From: an uncultured Acidobacteriaceae bacterium
GTDB lineage: Bacteria > Acidobacteriota > Terriglobia > Terriglobales > Acidobacteriaceae
Reading direction: 5' to 3'
Length of the DNA: 64,000 nucleotides
Assembly (NCBI GenBank): GCA_963786405.1
Contig: CAWAZE010000020.1
Location: 8,089 to 72,088, forward strand
The translations under genes were made by a program, and so were the position numbers. Positions 52,135-61,647 of this stretch are shown here, piece by piece. Numbering within the stretch: position 1 is the first letter of the stretch; every line of letters starts with the position of its first letter. The notes below the pieces were generated by a model. The model worked only from the letters and a program-made list of their open reading frames with translations. It was not told the DNA's origin and made no database searches.

Positions 52135-52841
52135 TTAAGCTCCAAGTGTCTCTGTTACGTCGCGGACAAGGTTGCTGATGTAGCGCCGGCGATCGAGCAG
52201 GGCCACCATCTTCTTCTGTGCTGCTGCGCGCGCTCCTGCGTCGCCTGTGTCCCACGCCTCCCACTCGACGCGCAGGTCGCGATCGACCTCATCGAGCAGT
52301 CCATCGAATTTTCTCTTCGCCTGCTCAAGGCTTCGCTTGCAGCTCGGGGTCGGCTTCTCCCATCTTGCGAGCCATGCGCATCTCTTCGAGCTGCATGTTC
52401 AGGTCAAATGCCTCTTCGAGCAGGTCAGCCGGCACGCGCGATGCGCCCATATCATTCTTGGGTCGGTCCTTGCCTGCGTGCTCTTCGCCGATCTCCGCAC
52501 CGTGCAGCTTCAGCAGGTATTCGGTCCGCCGGATCGGATCCTTCAACGTGCGATACGCATCGTTGAGCAGTGCGGTGTCGGCCAGGCTCCACTGCTTTTC
52601 GTTCTCGAGCGCGCGCGCAAAACGGTCAGGATGCAGCTTGCGGCTCAGCTGATGAAACTCATGCTCCAGCGCGCCCAGATCGAGATCGAGCCGCGGCACC
52701 AGTCCAAAGACAGAAAAATAATCGCCCTCCTGGAGCGGGCTGAATCTTGCTGCAGTGCGGACAGAAGAGCGTGGACTCATTGTGCGCAACCGAACACGAC
52801 CAGCACGCAACTGGAATTGCGGAATCAATAACTTTCAACAT
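52135..52841 (-). CDS. hscB: Fe-S assembly co-chaperone with N-terminal CxxC..CxxC (indels)
   Basis: CWSC...CPHCSKIQP, DYFSVFG, LSRKLHPDRF, LNDAYRTLKDP..R.EYLL. Confidence 0.9.
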
Positions 52842-52872
52842 GTCTGAAACTCCTGCAACTGGATCGCTGCAC

Positions 52873-53294
52873 CTACGACGAGAAGGACGAACCGCAGCCG
52901 CAGGAACGCGAGGAGTTCGGATTGATGAAGTTGAAGCCCTGCCGCATCAGTGTCTCTTCGTAGTCCAGCGTCATGCCGTGCAGATAGACGAACGACTTGG
53001 GATCGACGAAAACACGCACGCCGTCGAATTCGTAGATGCGATCCCGTTCGCGCGGCCGCGTGTCGAACTTGATCGAATACGAAAGCCCGGAGCAGCCGCC
53101 GCCCATCACGCCAAGACGCAGCCCGCCCTCGTTCGGCGATACGCCTTCCTTCTCCATCGCTACCCGAATGCGCTTGATGGCACGCTCGGTCACCTGCAGA
53201 GCCCTGGCGCCGGCGCCTGCGTAACAGCAGGCTGCGGTGGCGCTGCAGAGGCTCCTTCAGCGGGCTTCGATCCAATTGTCACCATGTTCGACAT
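52873..53294 (-). CDS. iscA: A-type Fe-S carrier (indel near 53200)
   Basis: LRLGVMGGGCSGLSY...F.NPN....CGCGSSF. Confidence 0.92.
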
Positions 53295-53410
53295 TGTTGC
53301 CTTTCAACCATCTCTGGTGGAGCTGAATCCTCATCGATGGGCTTAACCAGCACGGTGGAAGCTGTCCCACAAGCGAAAGCAGCTTGCCAGACGCGACAAC
53401 CGCCCTGATC

Positions 53411-53832
53411 TTAGTGCGCTGGAACGGCCGCCGCTCGCTGTTTCCGCAACGCCATTCTTCTTCTTCCAGTCGCCGATCGCCGCGCGAATCGCGTCCTCAG
53501 CCAGCACCGAGCAGTGAATCTTCACCGGCGGCAGCGAAAGCTCCTTCACGATGTCGGTGTTCTTGATCTCGAGCGCATCCTCAACCGTGCGTCCCTTGAT
53601 CCATTCGGTCGCCAGCGAAGAACTCGCAATCGCCGAGCCGCAGCCGAAGGTCTTGAACTTGGCTTCTTCGATGACCTGGGTCTCGGGATTCACGCGGATC
53701 TGGAGCCGCATCACGTCGCCGCACTCCGGCGCGCCCACCAGCCCCGTGCCGACCTCGCTCGAAGCTCTTGTCGAGCGTGCCCACGTTGCGCGGATTGTTG
53801 TAGTGGTCTACGACCTTATCGCTGTATGCCAT
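53411..53832 (-). CDS. iscU: Fe-S scaffold (indels)
   Basis: MAYSDKVVDHYNNPRNVG, GAPECGDVM, KTFGCGSAIASSS, LPPVKIHCSVLAEDAI. Confidence 0.94.
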
Positions 53833-53942
53833 ATTCCGATCTCCTTCGGCGGGGAAGCCGCGTACTTCATATTGGATTCGGCAGGTTCGCCTGCCGATGC
53901 TTTTGTCGCCCCTGACGCAATCCGTCGCCGGTACTGCAGCTC

Positions 53943-55201
53943 TTAGTGCGCCTGCCACTCAATCTTGGTCAGGTCAATCCCTTCCTTCACCATCTCGTAG
54001 AGCGGCGAAAGCTCGCGGAGCTTCTTCACAATATCGATCACCTTCGCAGCCACGTAATCCACTTCGGCCTGCGTGTTGAAGCGGCCCAAGTCCAAAGCGA
54101 ATCGAACTGTGCGCCACATCGTCACCCAACCCGAGCGCCTTCAAGCACATACGAGGGCTCCAGAGTTGCCGAGGTGCACGCGGAGCCGCTTGAAACTGCC
54201 ACATCGTTGATGCCCATCAGCAGCGACTCGCCCTCAACGTACACAAAGCTCACGTTCAGGTTGCCGGGCAGCCGGTGCTCCATCGAACCGTTCACGTGAA
54301 TGTAGTCCAGCTCCGACTCGAGCTTGCTCTTCAGCCGATCGCGCAGTCCGCGCAGATACGCCGCTTCGGTCTCCATCTCTGCACGCGCGATCTCGCAGGC
54401 TTTGCCGAGACCCACAATACCGGGAACATTCAGCGTGCCCGAGCGCATGCCGCGCTCGTGGCCGCCGCCATCAATCTGCGCCGCAATCTGCACGCGCGGA
54501 TTGCGCCGCCGCACATAGAGCGCGCCCACACCCTTCGGCCCGTAAATCTTGTGCCCGGAGAGCGACAGCACGTCGATGTTGTCGGCAATCACGTTCACCG
54601 GCACCTTGCCCACGGCCTGCACTGCGTCGGTGTGGAAGAGCACGCCCTTCTCGTGACAGATCTTGCCGATCTCGCGGATGGGCTGCAGCACGCCGATTTC
54701 GTTGTTGGCCGCCATGATCGAGACCAGGATCGTCTTGTCGTCCATGGCGCGCTTCAGGTCTTCGAGATCGATGAGCCCATCAGCCTTCACCGGCAGATAC
54801 GTCACGCGATAGCCATACTTCTCGAGCCGCTTGCAGGTATCGAGGACAGCCTTGTGCTCGGTCACCTGCGTGATGATGTGGTTGCCGCGCTCGCGGTACA
54901 TCTCCGCGATGCCCTTGATGGCCAGGTTGTTCGACTCCGTCGCGCCGGAGGTGAAGATGATCTCCTTTGCGCGTCGCGCCGATCAGCTTTGCGATCTGCT
55001 CGCGCGCCGTCTTCAACCGCCTGCTCTGCTTCCCAGCCAAAGGAGTGATTGCGGCTCGCCGCATTGCCAAACTTGCCGGTGAAGAAAGGCATCATCGCTT
55101 CCAGCACTCGCGGGATCGAGCGGGCTGGTCGCGTGATTATCCATGTAGATCGGCAGCGTTACGCCCGCCGGTACTTCCACTTGGCTCGCAACTGTACTCA
55201 T
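53943..55201 (-). CDS. iscS: cysteine desulfurase (several indels)
   Basis: [54 protein letters not shown]. Confidence 0.94.
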
Positions 55202-55253
55202 CTGACCTCTCCATCCTTGACTGCGTCCGCGCTCGTCGCGGAGAAACGAATCT

Positions 55254-55714
55254 CTAAATCGTGAGTGAAACCAGTCCGCTTGTCGCTTGCGTTCGACCGG
55301 GCGGGTGCTCATGCTCGGCCAGATCCTGAATACTGATGCTCTTCAGCACACCCGCGATCGTGTCGTTTACCCGCGCCAAGCGGTTCCTTGATCGTGCAAC
55401 TCGGCGTAAGGTCGCAGCCCTTCGCGCCCTTGGTGCACGACGTGATAAAAAACGGACCGTCGATCGCGAGAATCACCTCGTAGGCCGAAATCTCCCGCGC
55501 GTCTCGCGACAGGGCGTAACCACCATTCATGCCGGCATGCGACTTCAGCAACCCCGATTTGGTCAGTTGCTGCAGAATCTTGGCCAGCAGCTGCGCCGGA
55601 ATTCCGTAGGCGTCGGCGATATCCTTCGCGCTCCAGCGCAGCCGTATCAGGGTGCTCGGCAAGGAACTTGAGCGCCATCAGCCCGTAATCGGCTTTTTTG
55701 GTCAGCTTGAGCAT
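55254..55714 (-). CDS. iscR: Rrf2-family Fe-S regulator, IscR-like (indels)
   Basis: LTKKADYGL.AL, G..GGY.L, three Cys (SCTKGAKGCDLTPSC); first gene of the isc operon. Confidence 0.8.
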
Positions 55715-55717
55715 TGA

Positions 55718-55773
55718 ATATCCGACTTCTTCGGTCCGTATTCAGTATACGACCGATTCTGTCGGCCTTTCAA
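55718..55773 (-). promoter_or_regulatory. isc promoter with two GAC-N7-GTC operator-like sites
   Basis: TTGAAA-18 nt-TATACT on the minus strand; ATATCCGACTTCTTCGGTCCGTATT and GTATACGACCGATTCTGTCGGCCTT. Confidence 0.7.
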
Positions 55774-55909
55774 GCCAATGAAGACGACAGGCCTGGATTA
55801 GCATCGGCGATTGACTCTTACGCAAAAGTTTCACCAAAAGTCGTTTGAAAACTCAAGAAAGGCCGCTACAATCTGCGGAAAGAGCATCTATTCCTCTCCG
55901 ACTGTCACC

Positions 55910-56074
55910 ATGGCTACCGCCTGCAAACACCCTAGAGTCCGAATTGTTTCCAGACACGAAGATACCGAGTATGTGGAGTGCCTGGAATGTGGCGATGTCT
56001 TTGATTCCGAAGAGTTTCACGACATGGCAATCGAAGAAACCACCGAGAAGGAAAAGCAGTTGGACGACGACTGA
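55910..56074 (+). CDS. small acidic metal-binding-like protein (54 aa)
   Basis: MATACKHPRV...VECLECGDVFD...; TACAAT upstream; divergent from the isc operon. Confidence 0.6.
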   Translation: MATACKHPRVRIVSRHEDTEYVECLECGDVFDSEEFHDMAIEETTEKEKQLDDD

Positions 56075-56215
56075 TTCCAACCCCGTCAAGGCTCGAAGCC
56101 AGCTTCGGGCAACGCCATTCTATGTGGAAGATTCCCGGCCACTTACTTGTAACTTTGGCTGTGACGCGGGACCTGCGCTTAAAAAAGGCTGGAAAGCAGA
56201 GCGGAGGGTATGGTC

Positions 56216-56809
56216 CTACTTGGCGGCGTGTCCGTTATTTGGACTACCCAGGCTGCGCGAGACAAGCCACGCATAGTGAAGGCCGGAGGCCACCGTCAAT
56301 CCGATCGTGGCATCGAGCAAGACAAGCCGGAGCACCACAACCCACTTTGCCGCGGTCAGCTGATGCAAAAGAACCACGGCCACGGCTGCAACCTGCGCTG
56401 CCGTATTGGCCTTGCCGAAGATACTCGGGCCAAATTCCCTCTTGCCCACTGCCGCATAGAGGATAGCGGCGACCAACAAAATACCGACGTCTCTGCCGAT
56501 CACGAGTACAGTGACCGTGGTGGGAATCAGCCCTTTGTGCATCAGCACGAGGAACAGCGTGCTCAGCAACAGCTTGTCGGCCACTGGGTCGAGATACTGA
56601 CCGAGCACAGTTCGCTGCTTCAGAACTCGTGCGAGGAGACCGTCCATTGCATCGGTCAATCCAGCCGTAATGAAAAGGATAAAACTTAGACCGAAGCGAT
56701 CTTCGAGGATCTCGGCAACCAGAAATGGTGCCAGACATATGCGCAAAAGTGTAAGCAGGTTTGGCGCGGTGCGGAACGGGTTCAGTCGTGGATTCGGGCC
56801 TTCGGTCAT
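56216..56809 (-). CDS. CDP-alcohol phosphatidyltransferase
   Basis: PNLLTLLR, TDAMDGLLAR...LGQYLDPVADK. Confidence 0.92.
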   Translation of the reverse strand: MTEGPNPRLNPFRTAPNLLTLLRICLAPFLVAEILEDRFGLSFILFITAGLTDAMDGLLARVLKQRTVLGQYLDPVADKLLLSTLFLVLMHKGLIPTTVTVLVIGRDVGILLVAAILYAAVGKREFGPSIFGKANTAAQVAAVAVVLLHQLTAAKWVVVLRLVLLDATIGLTVASGLHYAWLVSRSLGSPNNGHAAK

Positions 56810-57178
56810 GTCACGTTCAGGGATAGCGCCTCGCACTGGAAAAGCAGGGGCGCTCCACCAGTCACCGATGGTACAGCATCGGGGATCATGCGGAATAGAT
56901 GGTCTCAACTCAAATAGTTCAACCACATGCGGGATGTGGTTTCGATCTGTCCGCCTCCCTGAAGAGGCACTTCGATCAACTGCAAGCGGCCCTGACCAAT
57001 CCGCCAGCCACGAGTGTGCCGCCAGGGGCTCTCGTGACCTCAACGGGCTTTCTTGTGACCTCAACGGGCTTGTAGTCTTGGTGGTCAGGATTCCTCAGCC
57101 CGCCATCCAGGGGCCGGCCGCCCGGGCGAATAGCCGCTCAGCTCCGATCCTGATAAACTACTTTCTGTCGCAGTACAC

Positions 57179-57255
57179 AGGCGCGTAGCTCAGTTGGTTA
57201 GAGCGCTTCCTTGACACGGAAGAGGTCGTTGGTTCGAATCCAATCGTGCCTACCA
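57179..57255 (+). tRNA. tRNA-Val (anticodon GAC)
   Basis: AGGCGCGTAGCTCAGTTGGTTAGAGCG-CTTCC-TTGACAC-GGAAG-AGGTCGTTGGTTCGAATCCAATCGTGCCTACCA. Confidence 0.96.
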
Positions 57256-57299
57256 ATATTAGATTCAAAGCCATCCAGAGACATCCAAGAGACCAAGGC

Positions 57300-57334
57300 A
57301 AGCCGCTGAAGAATCAGCGGCTTTTGTCTTTTTG
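57300..57334 (+). terminator. intrinsic terminator after tRNA-Val
   Basis: AAGCCGCTGA-AGAA-TCAGCGGCTT followed by TTGTCTTTTTG. Confidence 0.75.
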
Positions 57335-57446
57335 TGTCCAACGGTGTATCGTGGAAGCCAATTCCTCGTTGGGGTATATCTGGGGGTACGAGATTCCGAA
57401 AGTGGGGGTATTTCCATTTTCGGAAAAATCCTAGGGGGTATTCGCT

Positions 57447-58664
57447 TTGGCTCTGACAGATACTGAAATCCGCCGTTCCAAACCGGCTGAAAAGTCCTAC
57501 AAAGTCTCCGATAGCGGCGGCCTGCATCTGCTGATTACTCCCGCCGGAGGGAAGCTTTGGCGCTGGAAGTACCGCTTCCAAGGCGCAGAGAAGCTTATGG
57601 CCCTCGGGCGCTATCCAGACATATCTTTGGCCGATGCCCGGGAGAGTCGCGATGCGGCTCGGAGAAGACTCGCGAGCGGCGTTGACCCAATGGCCGAACG
57701 TTTGGCCGAGAGGAACGCCGTCATCGTTGCGACGGAATACACCTTCGAGAAGATTGCCGCGCGATGGCTGGAGCACTGGAAGGGAAACAAGAGTGCGCGC
57801 CACGTGGCGACAACCCGGAATCGACTCAGGGTGAACGTCTACCCGGTCCTTGGATCACGCCCGGTAGCAGAAATCGAGCCGATGGAACTGGTGGAGTTGG
57901 CAAAGCGCGTCGAAGCCCGAGGAGCATCCGATATGGCCAAGCGGATTCTTCAAATTGTCGGCATGGTGTTGCGCTATGCCGTAGCTCACGGGTTTAGCAA
58001 ACGGAATCCGGCGTCGGAAATCCGCCCGTCCGACATACTCAAACCCACCCGCAAAACCAATATGGCGCGGATAGATGCAAAAGAACTCCCCGCGCTTCTT
58101 CGCGCGATTGAGGTATACGAGGGGCGACAACTGACTCGATTAGCGATCAAACTCATGGCGCTCACCTTCGTTCGCACCAGCGAACTGATTGGAGCGCGTT
58201 GGGATGAGTTTGACTTTGAAGCAATGCGCTGGTCCATTCCGGCAGAGCGAATGAAGATGAAGATGCCGCACATCGTACCTCTCTCCCGGCAGGCCATTGA
58301 AGTTCTGGAACTGCTGCGGACCATCTCTGGAGATGAGCAGCTCGTATTCCCTGGTGAACAAGACTCCCAAAAACCCATGTCGAATATGACTATCCTCAAA
58401 GCACTTGAGCGGATGGGATACAAAGGCCGCATGACCGGCCATGGTTTCCGTGGCCTGGCATCAACGATTCTGCACGAGCAGGGCTACAACCACGACCACA
58501 TTGAGCTTCAGCTTGCCCACGCTCCGCGCAACGCAGTCTCTGCTGCTTACAACCACGCTCTCTACCTTGAGCCACGCGCCAAGATGATGCAGGACTGGGC
58601 CGACTTTCTTGAACAGACGCAACGCGGCGGCAAGGTGCTCCCATTTCGAATCCAAGTGGCGTAG
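57447..58664 (+). CDS. P4-family tyrosine integrase with arm-binding domain
   Basis: LTDTEIR..KP.EK.YK.SD.GGL.L...P.GGK.WRWKYR..G.EK..ALG.YP; VRTSEL, MKM..PH.VPL, HGFR, LAH, AYNHA.Y. Confidence 0.95.
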   Translation: MALTDTEIRRSKPAEKSYKVSDSGGLHLLITPAGGKLWRWKYRFQGAEKLMALGRYPDISLADARESRDAARRRLASGVDPMAERLAERNAVIVATEYTFEKIAARWLEHWKGNKSARHVATTRNRLRVNVYPVLGSRPVAEIEPMELVELAKRVEARGASDMAKRILQIVGMVLRYAVAHGFSKRNPASEIRPSDILKPTRKTNMARIDAKELPALLRAIEVYEGRQLTRLAIKLMALTFVRTSELIGARWDEFDFEAMRWSIPAERMKMKMPHIVPLSRQAIEVLELLRTISGDEQLVFPGEQDSQKPMSNMTILKALERMGYKGRMTGHGFRGLASTILHEQGYNHDHIELQLAHAPRNAVSAAYNHALYLEPRAKMMQDWADFLEQTQRGGKVLPFRIQVA

Positions 58665-59044
58665 ACGAGCAAGTAGCTAACGCACTGAAGAATTTGCAGA
58701 TTCGAGCAATGACCGTGAGATTGGAGATGCCTTCGCAAGTGTCTGACACGCTCCATGAATAGGTCTTCGCCGGCGACTCCTCTTTAGGCTGTTTGCGATG
58801 CCTTTGACTGGGCCCTTGAAGGTCTTACGTTCGCCAACACGACCTCAGATGGCAAACCAACGCTATCGAACTTCTCACCATCCCCGATCTGTGCAAAATG
58901 GGCGCTGCTCTGCTCACGGAGCGTGGCTTCAACCGTGACCTGATTGAAATAGCCCTGCGACATTGGGCGCAAGGGATTCGGCCCGTCTTCATCCCTACGG
59001 AGACGCAGGGCGCGAAAGAAGACGAAGTGAGGCTGCAGTTCAGT

Positions 59045-59710
59045 TTACTGGGCGTCATTGGCTCTGCGCTTCTTCGGAACTCCAAATGTGCGGTCGTATT
59101 TCGCGCGGGCCGCTGCTGCTCTACGCTTTCGCTCCTGAGGAGTTCTTGCGTAACGGAGCTTGCTGCACTCGCTGGAGCATGTCCTTTGGTCGCGCTTGAT
59201 GGCAATGAAGGCCGTGTTACAGATTTCGCAGGCGCGTAGTTTGTAGAGGAAGCCAGCCTGGGCAAGATGAAGCACGGCCAAAACTGCCGTCACTTCCTCC
59301 GCCGGAAATCGACACAAGCGCGGTATTTCGGGATGGCCGTGCAGGATTTCATAGCTGGGATCGACAGCGTCGAACCTCACTTCTAGCCGATCTTTCTTCC
59401 CACAAGATACCCACGGCGTGCAGATGTAATCGGCAAGGACTCTGTTGAGTTCGGCGGTCTCGCGCCTAGACACCATGCGAACCACTCGCAGCACCCGCTC
59501 GCGTGATTCGTCAGTGTTTTGGTTTTTTGCCAAGCACTCCCAAAAATCATCGGAGCTAGCCCGACCCGGATTCCTTCGAGAGGCCTCTGCAATCGAGCCG
59601 CATCGGTTTTGCAGTTTAGCGAGCCAATAGTTGAGGTGAGCGAGGTAAAGCTCATTCTCCACGCCAATTCGCCAGCCCAAAGGCTTTCCTGACGCAGCAG
59701 CAGGGGGCAC
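59045..59710 (-). CDS. hypothetical protein with C-terminal CGNR-like zinc finger
   Basis: LRACEICNTAF.......RTCSSEC followed by a basic helix; AAGGAGGT RBS before GTG. Confidence 0.65.
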   Translation of the reverse strand: MPPAAASGKPLGWRIGVENELYLAHLNYWLAKLQNRCGSIAEASRRNPGRASSDDFWECLAKNQNTDESRERVLRVVRMVSRRETAELNRVLADYICTPWVSCGKKDRLEVRFDAVDPSYEILHGHPEIPRLCRFPAEEVTAVLAVLHLAQAGFLYKLRACEICNTAFIAIKRDQRTCSSECSKLRYARTPQERKRRAAAARAKYDRTFGVPKKRRANDAQ

Positions 59711-59827
59711 CGCACCTCCTTTTGTGACGGAAGAGAAATATATCTTCCATTCGGGCAGACTATCACACGAGGATGTAGCTGGATGCAGATTAATCCAAGT
59801 GAGGACAAACAGAAGAGAGGAGCCGCA

Positions 59828-60058
59828 ATGGCGAACAAGTTCTTGAAACTTCCGAAAGTCAAGGAGGCTACAGGTCTAAGCCGGAGTTCCATTTACGCAT
59901 CTCCGACGTTCCCAGCACGCGTCAAAATCGGCGCTCGCTCGGTTGCATGGATCGAGGCGGAGGTGAATGAGTGGATTGCCGAGCGGATCGATGCCAGCCG
60001 TAGCGGTACGCCGAAGGGCAAGAGCGGCACCGAGGCGCGTGCTTCAAGGGAGGGCTGA
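59828..60058 (+). CDS. alpA: AlpA-family regulator/excisionase
   Basis: FLKLPKVKEATGLSRSSIY...FPARVKIGARSVAWIEAEVNEWI. Confidence 0.9.
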   Translation: MANKFLKLPKVKEATGLSRSSIYASPTFPARVKIGARSVAWIEAEVNEWIAERIDASRSGTPKGKSGTEARASREG

Positions 60059-60897
60059 TGCGCCGCAAAGAGCCGTGGTTCAAATTCTGGGCAACTGACT
60101 ATCTCACCGACCCGGATGTGGATGAGCTAACTCTTGAGGCTCAAGGGCTGCTCGTTCGTATGTGGTGCGTATGCAGTCAAAGAGGAAACGTCCCAGAAGA
60201 TCCCGAAGAAATTGCAAGACTGACGCGCTGCAAATCACAGAGGGTCTTGCAGTGCTATTCGCAGTGCAAGCCGTTCTTTATGGTGCGCGATGGATTGCTC
60301 TACTCAGGGCGCATGGAGAGGGAAAAGGCGAAGTCCGAGAAGGCCCGCGCGAACGCCGAAAAGCGCTACAGAAATGAAAGTCACACACAAGAGCATGCAA
60401 ACGGCAGAGCGAATGGCACTGCAAACGGCGCTGCGAAAGGTCCTGCTCAGAAAGCCAGAGAGCCAGAAGGACAGAAAGCGAGTTGCCAGAGTCCAGAAAA
60501 AGCTTCTCGCGCCAAGCGCGAGAGGACTTCCGACGAACGCCATACAGCTTTCAAAACGGCAATCAAAACCTATTGGGACGCGAAGAACCCCGGCCTAGAC
60601 ATGCCGTGGGGAGGCGTGGAAGGCAAGGCCCTTGGGATGTGGCTGCGGGAAGCTCCCAACATCACCTTAGAGCAATTCACAAGCCTTCTTCGTGCTCGTT
60701 TCCGGTCGGAGGTCAATCACGGGGAACGCCCGTCAAAGTGGATTCGTTGGGTCACGAACTACGCAGATGGCCCAATAGACAGGTTTGGCAAGCCAACCAA
60801 GAAGGAGGATTCCGATGGAACGAGTAGACCGAGCATCACTAAACAACGCGTTGACAACAACCGGCGAGCAATTGCAGAGGCGCTTGCCCGAAGTTAG
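60058..60897 (+). CDS. phage replication initiator-like protein (YdaU/DUF1376-type N-terminus)
   Basis: PWFKFWATDYLTD....LTLEAQGL..RM...W, KARANAEKRY; coupled to alpA by a TGATG overlap. Confidence 0.7.
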   Translation: MRRKEPWFKFWATDYLTDPDVDELTLEAQGLLVRMWCVCSQRGNVPEDPEEIARLTRCKSQRVLQCYSQCKPFFMVRDGLLYSGRMEREKAKSEKARANAEKRYRNESHTQEHANGRANGTANGAAKGPAQKAREPEGQKASCQSPEKASRAKRERTSDERHTAFKTAIKTYWDAKNPGLDMPWGGVEGKALGMWLREAPNITLEQFTSLLRARFRSEVNHGERPSKWIRWVTNYADGPIDRFGKPTKKEDSDGTSRPSITKQRVDNNRRAIAEALARS

Positions 60898-61151
60898 CGG
60901 CCCTTGGGATACTCCTGGAGGGGTTGGCGAGACGGTATCCCTCTCAGGACGTGCAGGACTCCATGGAGGAGTATCTGAAGGATTACGAAGCTCTAGCCCT
61001 GAAACACTCTCTCCAGAGAGTCAAAGAAGCGATAGCGGCATTGAGGATTGACCCGAACCAGCAGTTTCTCCCGCGTCCAGACGAAGTGGCGGCAGAGATC
61101 GACCGCCAGCGCTTGAAAAGGCTTCCTTCGCATATCTACGCGAGAGGCTAA
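60815..61151 (+). CDS. putative helicase loader/replication-P-like protein (apparent indel near 60893)
   Basis: AAGGAGG-ATG at 60815 (MERVDRASL...) joins the frame LAALGILLEGLARRYP...QFLPRPDEV; the F.P.P.E motif and position after the initiator fit this class. Confidence 0.45.
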
Positions 61152-61647
61152 CTCTCTCGATTCGCAGCGTCAGGTAAGATCGGCACTCCACCGCAATCGG
61201 ATGCCGTATCACTTTTACCGACCCAGGGGTAAGGGGGGTTAAAACATTTGTGACTTTCAAATGTAGACCGTTCCATAGCTGCATTTGTACATCCACAAAA
61301 TAGAAGTTTTTCCGGAAATTGCCACCTGAATGCATGTCGTTCGAATTGGCTCACAGGATGTATCGTGAACGAAATCAAATGCCCTCCCGCGCGCCCGTGC
61401 AGACTAGGTGACACGCGCGAAGACCCTCAAATTGCTCCTCGGGCATGTCGCCGGAGAACCCGCGAGCCTAGTTCGCTGGAATTGCTTAGCGTTAGCCGAC
61501 TTATAAGGACTAAACCCGTTTGTCGGTGAGTGACTTGGCGATTTGTCATCAAAGGAGAGTTGTGGCTGCGCGTGTATTCGTCCGCAACCGCTGCGCGACT
61601 CATCCAGCTTGGTATCTTGCTGCGAACGCCTGCACTAAGATGTGCGC

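Larger units (their letters stand above)
57256..61151. mobile_element. P4/PICI-like integrated element at tRNA-Val (right boundary not seen)
   Basis: tRNA-adjacent P4-type integrase, AlpA, DUF1376-like replication initiator and loader-like gene; four GGGGTA repeats at 57371-57440. Confidence 0.75.

Noticed and set aside
50184-55714. isc operon as a pseudogenised locus
   Set aside because: All catalytic motifs are intact and lesions are single-base indels, best explained as sequencing error.
57198-57434. ORFs overlapping tRNA-Val and the att region (likewise 17067-17633 over tRNA-Pro/yggX)
   Set aside because: Overlap well-supported tRNA or protein genes; translations are non-coding-like.
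61152-61647. attR of the tRNA-Val element
   Set aside because: No duplicate of the tRNA 3' end (TCGAATCCAATCGTGCCTACCA) seen by eye; only a short GTTCGAAT match.
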